Below, in pieces: positions 37,935-47,600 of a stretch of 64,000 nt of DNA. The position numbers and the translations under genes were made by a program. This DNA comes from an uncultured virus (IMG/VR IMGVR_UViG_3300025840_000014) (taxonomy: Duplodnaviria; Heunggongvirae; Uroviricota; Caudoviricetes): the IMG/VR virus record IMGVR_UViG_3300025840_000014; one strand, given 5' to 3'. The notes beneath the pieces were generated by a model. It saw only the letters and a program-made list of their open reading frames with translations. It made no database searches and was not told where the DNA came from. Every line of letters begins with the position of its first letter. Position 1 is the stretch's first letter.

Positions 37935-38581
37935 CAGTCACACCCGCAATCTTCCTCGGATTTCACAAACGCTTCAGTGCGTAGCGAACCGTTATCGTCT
38001 TCGCCTTCAAGTTCCCAGTTGTCGTAATCACGCAGATAGGCAACAAAATCAGATTCCATTTCCATGAAATCGGAAAGCACGTCCATTGCGTGTTTGTAAT
38101 CCATTTCAGTGACTACGGGATTCTGTTCGTCATCAAACCCAAGTTCTTTGCGTTCTTGGAAGTCGCCGAAAAACATGTCGTCGACATCTTCCCAGTACGC
38201 TCCGTCAAGGGACTTCTTTCCTTTTTTGAAACGCTTTTTCATGCGTCGCGCAAAGTTCTTGTCGGTCCAAATCTTTTTCTTGAGTTTGCCTTTACAGTTC
38301 TTCATGCCGGGGTGATGGCACCCCTCGTTGGGCCACAAGCCGGTGGTTTCATGGTGCAGCCACGCACAGATCCGCTCCAAGGGGTACAACTCGGGGTGGT
38401 CGGCAAGGATGATCCGACAGCGACGAAAGCCGCCCGGCTTTTTCATAATCGGGCGCCAGTAGCGCAAAAGACGTTCCAAATTGCCGCGACGGGGTCCACG
38501 ACCACGAGTGATCGCGGTAATGCGCTCCTGCGGCAGGTCTAGAATTACATCCTGCGGTCCCTTGACTTCGATTTCATCCAT
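37934..38581 (-). CDS. head-associated protein
   Basis: LLRYW...PGGFRRC...CAWLHHETTGLWP, a motif type recalled from actinophage capsid-maturation modules. Confidence 0.7.
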   Translation of the reverse strand: MDEIEVKGPQDVILDLPQERITAITRGRGPRRGNLERLLRYWRPIMKKPGGFRRCRIILADHPELYPLERICAWLHHETTGLWPNEGCHHPGMKNCKGKLKKKIWTDKNFARRMKKRFKKGKKSLDGAYWEDVDDMFFGDFQERKELGFDDEQNPVVTEMDYKHAMDVLSDFMEMESDFVAYLRDYDNWELEGEDDNGSLRTEAFVKSEEDCGCD

Positions 38582-38598
38582 GGTGTACCTATTTTAGT

Positions 38599-38946
38599 CT
38601 ATTTGTTACCGATGATACGGTTGCGCTTGGCTGCCAATTCGAAAATGTCAAAATTTTTCGCCATTCTTTCAGACGGCGGGATCATTACTTCGCCGGTGAT
38701 GAACATCATCCAAATTTGAGTGTCCCTCTCGTCTCGGTACATCTCTTTCGGGGATGACATCAATATTCCAGCGCGTTCCAATTCTTCGCCGATGTTCCGA
38801 CGTTCTTTTTTGTATGGGTCTTTACCATCTTCGAGTTCGCGGAAGATGCCAATCAACTGATCACGACTGTGACTCTTCTGTGCATCGCGGAAAGGAACTC
38901 CAAGGATGTCTTCAATAAATTTGACATGTTTCTCTCGCGCGGTCAC
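38599..38946 (-). CDS. small hypothetical protein (candidate immunity)
   Basis: GTGA overlap with the stop of the 839-aa ORF. Confidence 0.65.
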   Translation of the reverse strand: MTAREKHVKFIEDILGVPFRDAQKSHSRDQLIGIFRELEDGKDPYKKERRNIGEELERAGILMSSPKEMYRDERDTQIWMMFITGEVMIPPSERMAKNFDIFELAAKRNRIIGNK

Positions 38947-41462
38947 AGCGTTAACTCACCTTCTGGCCATAGCCACTTCAACAACTTGCTCATCACTTTT
39001 TTCTCAACGTCGTTCAGAGTGCGCATTCCGGAACCGTCTGGAACTTTGATTTCTGAGCCAAATAGTGCTGCGGCGCCGAGTTCAGCCAGCAATTCCATGT
39101 AGCGCTGATTGAAAAATAATCCTTGGAAGGAATCTATATGAGTAAACGTCCCCATGTAAGAGGCGTACTCTCCACCACCTGTAAGTTTAGCAATACGCAC
39201 AGCGATGGCCTTCTCCCGAGGGGAAAGATCGTCCATCAATTTTGGCGCAATGATTGCTTGTTCGACTATGTATGCTCTCAGGCGTTCTTTTTGCGCGTCG
39301 CTCATCGAAGTGTCCATAGAAATTTGGGTAAGAGCGTTAGCCAGCCATTCCTGCGCGTTGCTACTCATGATTGCCCGCATAATGCCCGGGCTATCCTCCC
39401 AAATTGCGCCACCGACCACTGGGATCGAGTCATCAAAGTCCCATTGACTAATATCGGGATCTAGACGAAACATCGTAGCAACCTGCGCCACTGCTTTTGT
39501 GAGGGTGTGAGTATCTTCAACGCTAATTGCCGGTAGTCCTCGTGTTTCCGGCAACCCGAGGTCCCACACCTCTTGAAACTTGATCATGCCCATGCTTCCG
39601 CCGTTAGCCAAGTCAAGTTTGCTGGCAGCAGTGTTTCGGCCCCATGCGGACCGCTTATAGTAGGGATCATCCTTGTCGGACCAGACTGGTCGTCCTCCTG
39701 CGCCGGGAGTGAAGAAGAAGGGCAGGAGATCGTCTACATGCAGAGGGTCATCCGCGTCATGTTGGGTGCCGTTTGGCTTGGGCCAGCCGACAGCCTGTAG
39801 CCATCTAGCAATAGATTCACCCTTTTTAAGATCGTTACCATCGGGATCTTTGAGAGTTTCAGTTACCAGCCGCTGAAGAAGTATCTTGTCGCGTGGATTG
39901 GTGCTTTGGATAAGCCTTTGATATTCAGCAGCGAAGCGGAACATCGCTTCTGGCGCGGTTACGGACAACTCCCTGAGGTCGCTTCTAATTGCCGCTTGGC
40001 GAATTGCATCATCTCCCATGTCGGCAATCGGTTCGAGAACCCCCTGCTGAATTGCTTCATCTACGCTAAGTGATTCAATTCCTCGGTCCTTAATTGCTTC
40101 TTTGTATGCTTGCGCATAGTTGGAAAGGTGCGTCATTTCGTGCAGGTTGACACTGCGCGCTGCCATTGCCCGTGCTTCTTCCCATGCTTTTCTGATCGCG
40201 TCGGTATCTTCCGGACTGAGATTTTCTTGCGTGCCTGTCCCTTCAAGGATTTGTTGCAATGCCTGCAAAAGGGCGCTTGTGTCAGAAAATGCTGTGGGGG
40301 TGTCTTCGAGCATCGTGATGAACATTTTGTGTGTTTCCAACTGAAAGTTGCCTAAAACACGAACATCTTCTATCTGGTCGTACGACGTCTGGTCGGCATA
40401 CATCATTTCAAGACGCGGCTTTCGGTCCTTGGCAACGGTTCGCCATCTGTACCCGTTGACTTTGTTTCGGTCGCGACCAATTTTTCCGCGTGCACCGTAC
40501 GCCACTGCGCCATCGGCGCCTTCGATGGGGTCCTTGCCTAAACGTCGACGTGATTCACGGCTAAGGATTTCCACATCGATGTCTTTGATACTTGGATTCA
40601 TCAAGACGCCAAGCAGAAACGCGTATGCGTGCTCTTTGTGCGCCATCGAGATTGGTTCGTCCTCTTTGAGTAAACCAATTTCGACGTAGTCGGCCATGGA
40701 CGTTCCTGCGGCGAAACCCGGATGCGCCCGCGTAAATGCAGAAGCGATGTCGCCGTACGTCTTTAGCGGCTTTCCACCGTTGAAGGCATCGTCAACTCGT
40801 TTGGACTGCTTTGCGTAACGGTCACGGTAAAACTTTTTGTCACGCGACTTGAATCTCTCAATTACACCAACCCTCGGGAGATAACTGCGGCGTGCCGCCA
40901 TGCCGCTGTCCCTAGACATCGCATTGGCTGCTCGTTGCACTCGTCGGGCGCGACGTGCCGGTTTAGTGCCGGGAGTCGCTGGTCTCGCAAATGTAGTTCC
41001 GTCCTGAACAATGCCGTCACCATCGCCATCTTCGGCGTTGGGATCGAACCGTGCTGGGCGAATGCGGGGTCCAAGTGCTTTTTCGTGGAAACCTGTTTCA
41101 ATCGCAACTTTAAATGTGTCGATGATTTCGATTTTTTCGTTTATCGCGTCGTAGCGGGCATCTTTTTTCTTGGCTTCAAGGTTGGAGAGCACGTCGACGC
41201 CAGCGAGCATGTGCTCCGGCACCTGTTGCACCTTGTACACGACAATGTTTTCCCACCGGTCGTTGGGTTTGTCAACTCCATCCCATAAAAATTTATGGAA
41301 CTTACTATTCGTAATCCGGCTCACTTTCTTGCGGGTTACGAAAGACAAAAAACTGACAGGCTTGACATCACGAGAAGGAGTGACGATTGCGCCATCGGTG
41401 TCCCCGTCAATGACATAGAACAAGTTGCCACCAGACACACGACCGACCATCACCGCCTTCAT
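38943..41462 (-). CDS. 839-aa protein with DGDxDG tag and HExxH zincin-like motif
   Basis: RFDPNAEDGDGDGIVQDGT; NLHEMTH...ELLAE. Confidence 0.75.
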   Translation of the reverse strand: MKAVMVGRVSGGNLFYVIDGDTDGAIVTPSRDVKPVSFLSFVTRKKVSRITNSKFHKFLWDGVDKPNDRWENIVVYKVQQVPEHMLAGVDVLSNLEAKKKDARYDAINEKIEIIDTFKVAIETGFHEKALGPRIRPARFDPNAEDGDGDGIVQDGTTFARPATPGTKPARRARRVQRAANAMSRDSGMAARRSYLPRVGVIERFKSRDKKFYRDRYAKQSKRVDDAFNGGKPLKTYGDIASAFTRAHPGFAAGTSMADYVEIGLLKEDEPISMAHKEHAYAFLLGVLMNPSIKDIDVEILSRESRRRLGKDPIEGADGAVAYGARGKIGRDRNKVNGYRWRTVAKDRKPRLEMMYADQTSYDQIEDVRVLGNFQLETHKMFITMLEDTPTAFSDTSALLQALQQILEGTGTQENLSPEDTDAIRKAWEEARAMAARSVNLHEMTHLSNYAQAYKEAIKDRGIESLSVDEAIQQGVLEPIADMGDDAIRQAAIRSDLRELSVTAPEAMFRFAAEYQRLIQSTNPRDKILLQRLVTETLKDPDGNDLKKGESIARWLQAVGWPKPNGTQHDADDPLHVDDLLPFFFTPGAGGRPVWSDKDDPYYKRSAWGRNTAASKLDLANGGSMGMIKFQEVWDLGLPETRGLPAISVEDTHTLTKAVAQVATMFRLDPDISQWDFDDSIPVVGGAIWEDSPGIMRAIMSSNAQEWLANALTQISMDTSMSDAQKERLRAYIVEQAIIAPKLMDDLSPREKAIAVRIAKLTGGGEYASYMGTFTHIDSFQGLFFNQRYMELLAELGAAALFGSEIKVPDGSGMRTLNDVEKKVMSKLLKWLWPEGELTL

Positions 41463-41662
41463 GATTCATATTCCTTCATGGCAGCCTCATACCAGTCACG
41501 GTGCTGTTCGAGAACGTCTTCTGGTTTTGCGCGTTCTTGGAAGGCCGTAACGAAATACGCAATCGATTCAGGGTCCTTACGCTTTACAACCTGCATACTT
41601 TCGGTCGCAAGAAATTTTTTGACGTCGTCGTCACGTCCCCATTTGGTGCTGTCGTCAATCAT
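41459..41662 (-). CDS. small hypothetical protein (candidate immunity)
   Basis: ATGA overlaps at both ends; MIDDSTKW... Confidence 0.6.
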   Translation of the reverse strand: MIDDSTKWGRDDDVKKFLATESMQVVKRKDPESIAYFVTAFQERAKPEDVLEQHRDWYEAAMKEYES

Positions 41663-44600
41663 CCGAGTTCTCCCAGCCTGCGTTCTGTTTCTTGCAGAAT
41701 CCACTCTGTTCGTTCCGCTCCCTCAAGACCGACAGGCAGATTGTGTGCTTCGGCGAGCGCTTTGGCTCGCACCTCCAGTTTTTCCCACGGCTTCAATTCA
41801 TTATATTGATCGGCACTTAACAAGTTGCTAGACAGCAAAACCGCTGAACGGTTGTACAAAATGACGCGGTTGTCTGCGGAGTTGGAGCCATAACTGGCGA
41901 GCCCATCGTAACCTTGAAGAAGCGCAATTACCGCAGAGCCGTTCGGGAACTCCCCATTGTTGTCTGATGACGCTGTGCCGACCATCAAGTCCAATGCTTC
42001 GACCATTTCGGTATCGCCAGAGGCGACCAGTTCGCGACGCAAGTCAAGTAAAGGGTTAGCGCCTTCACTGTAGTTCTGGGGTATGCCCGCTTGCACCTCT
42101 AGGCGATATGCCTCGCGCTGAGTCGCTATGGCATTCGGACCGGCAAAACGTGCAGAGGGCGAAACGACGCCTTGCATCACAGCACCATTTTCTCCAGCGT
42201 ATACGGCAGCATCAAAGTGTTCATTGATGCCCATTCGTTCGGTTCCTCCCTGTACAGCGAAGTAAACACCGGCGCCATCAACGCCTTCGCCAATCGGGTA
42301 ACCATCTCCCTCAATATGACGACGCGCCATTTCCGGGTTGCCGCCACGCGAGACAGGGGTCCACCCATCGACGTATCTCAAGACGTCAATTTCGTCGTCT
42401 GTCAGAAGAGTTGCTGCTGCATCCATGCCTCGCGCATGTACCAAGGCATCTACCAGTTCTCGTCCTGCGTAGTATGCCCCCGACCGAGTTTCTACTTCTA
42501 TGTCGTCGTCGTCTAGGTACCCACCGGAAGCGACGCGTTCACGGATTAAGTCCAATGCTGCTTTAACTCGCGGGTTCTCAAGTAGCAGTTTGCGGAGTTC
42601 TTCACGATGTTCTGGCTTGAGCAGGCTGTCAGCGACAACCATGCCATCCTTGCTGAGTTGTACAAGATCGTCGATAGATCGCAACGTGTCTGGGTCAGGC
42701 ACACTTGGTTCGTGGTCTGGATTGTGTGGTCGCGCAACTGTTGCTTCACCGACTGGTGCTGTGCGGTCAAGGACATCGTTTTCGTCAAGGAGCCGGAAGT
42801 ATCCAATACGGGCTTCTGACCGCGTCAACTCAGACTCAACCTCACGTTGAGTTTTTTCTCTGCGCTCACGTGTTTCTTTTCGCTTCTGGAAATCAGCGAG
42901 TACCGAGCCAAAATTTTCGAAGAAAGATTCTGGCATCGAATCGAAAATTTCGTCGATCTGCTGGTCGAGTTGTTCAGCGGTCGGCGGCACAAATTCTGCT
43001 TCTGGCCCATCGTCACCAAAAGGATCTCGGCTACGACCCGGCGGCTTTGATGTTGACATTCCAACGCCTGCCAACTGAGACAGCCCTTTAACGGTTTGCA
43101 GGTCTTCGACAACTCGGGCTTTATCTTCATCGCTCAAATCGGAGGCTTGCACCGCTTCGATCGCGTAATCGAGGTCGCCCGAGTAGGAAGAAAAATACGT
43201 TTCATCCTTATAGTTTGTTTGAGTGAAGGATTCGCGAATTGTTTTGCCTTGTCCCTCACCCCACGGGTCAGGAAGGCGAATGTCGCCAGCAATATCAACG
43301 ATGTTTTGATAATAAGTCTGGTCAATCGAATCCGGGTTATGCGACATGTCAAGACCAAGTCGCCTCAACTGTTCTGGGTTCTCACCTCGAAGAGCAGGAA
43401 CCTCGCTGCGGATGCTTCCCCGTCGTGACGCCATGCCGCCGAATGGATCCCATGTCCCTGAAGACGCAGGAAGAGCGGGGGTGTCTGGTTCGGATCCGCG
43501 ACCGAGAATCCTGTCTCTTGCGCTGTCGAAGACGTCCATTCCTCGGTCAACGATGTCTAGTTCACGAACGCGTTGAGCAGCGGCTTCGCCAAGCGCACGC
43601 GCTTTGTCGGCGGCGGCAGAGTCCCAAACGTCTCTGGCTGTATCGCCAATGGCTGCTGTAATTTCATCCGGCAAACCTTCGGGGGCAACAGTGTCTGCGG
43701 CTCGCATAATGCGACGCGCTTGAGTATCTGTAAGCCACCCCTGCTCGACGGCTTTTTGCACGCCAAGTTCGATCGCTTCACGACTGCCACGGCGAGCAAG
43801 AACAAGGCCAACACCGGCTGGGCCAGAGGTTCCGAACGCAGCCGCCATTTCGCCAACGAAACGAATGTTGTCGATGTCGTTTGAGTCGAGGCCAGCCCTA
43901 CGGAAAAGCCTTTCTGCTTGGTCAGAGTTCAACAGTCGAGAACCAACCGCCTGAACTCCACTATGCGGAACTTCACGTTGTCGGATTCGTCGACCAAGAC
44001 CGCCGATGCGGCTCGTTGCTTCAGATGTGACTCTCTCACCGAGCATCTCTTGGGCGCGGCGGCGAATGCTCTTCATTCCTTGCTGAACGGCAGGGCGCAA
44101 TTCCTGCTGGCGACTCATGATTTCGTCACCGACACGGATGCGAAGCGCTTCCTCCGGTGAACGCACACGGCCGATACGCGCCCCAGAGTCGGAGAACGCT
44201 GTTAGGTCACCCTTGTTGAACAGGTCGATGCCATTTTTGTTCGTGTAGCGGACGTTCATCCCCATCCGGTCCCACATCGCTTTATTGTCTGCGGCTGTGA
44301 TGTGTTGGCGGAGAAGGTTCGCTGCTTCAACCTTGTCGAATGTGCCATCGAGGAGAGCGGTTTTAAGGAACTCGATTTCCTCAGGCGCCCAACCCGAAGA
44401 TTTGCTTAGGGTTGTTTCCCAATCTTGTGAACTGTCGAACATGCGCGATGAGCGCAGACCGCCGATGGAGCCAAGGCTTTCCACAGGGATGATGATCCCC
44501 TCAACCTCTTCAAAGTCAAAACCGCCAGCAATCGCCGACTCGATTGCGTAATCCGGCGCATCCAGCGGTCCGTCCTTCATTGACCTGTGCTGCATGCCGT

Positions 44601-47600
44601 CGTAGTTCCCGGACACGCCAGCGTTCAGAAGGTTTGCGAAGTTCTTGCCGCTTTCGAACGAGTTCGCTCTGCCGTTGCGCTTCGCGCTAACAAGGCCACG
44701 CATGATGTCGTCGCCATTTTTTTCGTTGACCAACACTGGCATCCCAACACGGTGGGTGATGTCGCCAAGACCGTATCCCGTGCGGTGTGAAACCTCTGGC
44801 CGCAGGACCATCTCGATGTTGCCGAACAGGGAACGGTCACCGGCAGGGTTGCGGTCTCCGGCGTTCAAAAACTCGCGTCGACGACGAGCAGGGAAACCCT
44901 TGCCGGGTACGTCCAATTCGGCGAGCAGCATGTCAAGTTTGTCATCGTGGTTGGCATGAGCCATCGTGCCGAAAACCGGAAGGCTTTCGTTCGGGGAAAT
45001 GTCAGACCACCCGAAGTTCTGTGCTACTTCAGCGGTTTGCCCATTCGACGGGTGAGGGAACAGGCCCGTGTACGCCATCTCATCGAATTCGTCAGCCGCC
45101 ATGTGGACTCTCGGACGCTTATCAATGGCATCGTGCCATGTTTGAGCAGCCTCGCCAACGACATTTGATGCGGCATCAGGCCCGTAACGATCGATGTAAT
45201 CGCGCGCTTCGGGGGTGAAGTCGATTGTCTCACCGTTACTGGAGAGACCTCGGCGGGCAGCAGCAACACCGTTGTCAAACGTTTTGTCAACGTCGAGTTC
45301 GTCAGGACGCTTACTTGGCGACCGGTTGATGTTGAATGGTTCAATCTTCGAATCACGGAAACGCTTTGACAACGCATTCCGTTTGCTTTCCATGCGGTGA
45401 CGGACAGCAGGGTCGTCGCTGTGAGGGGAAAGGCGTGCTTGGCCTGACGGTTTGCGGCGTGGCTCAAGAACTGCCTTGAGACGGTCGCGTTCACGACGTT
45501 CGCTTAGGCTGGTTGCTGGCCCCATTGCGTCGAGGTCACGCAGGATACGGTCGGCGTAGTCGGCAGCCGATTCCTGACGTGCAGGCGTGAAAATCGGGAT
45601 GTCGCCGTTGTCGCCGTCGATCAATTTCAAATCGCCGGGTGGGAGAATGATTGATGTCATCTCCCCGCTGTCTTCATTTTCGCGGAACAGGCCTTTAGAT
45701 CCTGCCGGGAGGTAAACGCGAGCAGACTTCAATCCGCCAGCGCTTGACCCGCCATCGAAGTCAAGATCGGACTTGGATTCGGGTGTTGACAGAACGCCTT
45801 CGAACACCCCAGTTTTTTTGTAGAGGTCTGCGGATTTCGGGTCGTAGTTCTGGCCATAAGGGCGAACCAATGGCCTTCGGTCAAACGATGGGTCAAGCAA
45901 TGGGTGAAGCATTGTGTCTGGGTCATCAAGAAGAATCGTCGCTTCGACTGCTTCTTCCAGAACGTTCGAATCCATAGCGTCAAGTAGAGGAAGCACGTCC
46001 TCAGTTACGGTTTCACTCGGGGAACGAGAAGGCTTACCTGCAGCAGTGCGATTTGCATGAGTTTTCAGAAGTTCTTCCAGCGACGCTCCTCCGAACACTG
46101 CTCCAGTGTTCAGGTCTTCCAAAGACTTGCTCATCGCATCACGTTCGCGGCGCGTCATCTTCCGGCGAGCCTTTTGGGATTGTTCGGCCCCATAGCCATC
46201 CGGGTCCGTCGTCCAACGTGGAACATCTGGATACAACTGCGGGATGGCATTTTCCAGTTTGCGCATTTCTTCACGCAATTCTGTTTCATCCCAGATTTCG
46301 TCGACACCTTCGCGCTGATTTCGCTTGTACGGCTTTTTGCCACCCGAACGGAAGTACTTGCCGGGTTCGTTGCGCTGGAATCGACTATCACGGTCGGCAC
46401 GCTGCGCGTCGCTGGCGTTGATTCGTCGAGCGTTCTCGTCGGAGATCTGAGCCATGCCCTTGGTGGCAAGCCACAGTCTGGTCCGATCGTCGAGTGAAAC
46501 TTCTTCGCCACCTCTGATCCGCGACATAATCGCCTCGGCATCATCTCTTAATTTCTCGAAACGCTTGTCCAAAGTTTCGGGTGACATCTGGGCATACGAG
46601 GTGTCCGGCCAACCCCATTGACGGGCAATGGCCTGACGTGGGATTTCTTGCGATCCGCCACGCTTATCGTCAGGACGGCCACCGAAACGTGAAATGAAAT
46701 ACCGTTCCATCATCGCGAACGGTTCCTGCGACGGGAAAACTTCTCCGGTCTCTGCGTCGATACCCCAAGCGATACCGTGCGGGATCACCCCAACATTTTT
46801 TTCAGAATCTGGTGTTGGAGGGCTGTTGGGAGGGTTGACGTCAGGAGCGCCCGGCGGATCGACTCGTGGCGGGGTGGGAGGACGCGTGATAACTCCGGGC
46901 TTGTCCGGTCCGTCCATCCAGCCTGTGAATTCGTCAACGAGATCGCTGTCGATGACACCCATTTTTTTGAGTGCGCGAAGTTCGGTCAGTCCTTCCATGA
47001 GGGCAACCGCCGCTATCGAACGATCTTGCGGCCCTCGTCCATCAGGACCCCAGTATGTTTGCACCAACTCTTGGTAGTACCTGCCTGACAGAATGTGCAG
47101 CATTGAGCCCTCGAAGGCGTGGATGCCGACAGGCGGGAACCCTTGCGGTACGTGACCGTCAGGAAGTTCGCCCTTCATCATCTGGTTCAACGCTCCGTGC
47201 CACATCTCGTTGGTCCACTGGTCGGGCGGATCCGTGACCCTGACAGCGTTGCCGTCACGATCAATGAGCACCATGTGCCCGACTGATTTGTGATGATCGA
47301 GGATTGCTTTCCGCGCAGCCAAATACTGGTGTGCGTGGCCGGTTTCGTGGAATGCAAGGTGACGTCCTGCCGCACGGATCGACTCGTGACGTGCAGTGGA
47401 TAGATCTGTAGCGAAAACGTCTCGCCAGCGTTCCAAATCGATTTGCCCGCGCATCATTGACGCGATCTCAGCCCATTGTTCTGGCTCGCTGCCGATTGCA
47501 TCTGTGTCGACGACAACGTACTTCCCGTCGGTCATCTCTCGGAACGAGCCGTTCTCGATGATTGGGCGTAGCGTCATCGCGGTTGGGTTGAACTGCATCG

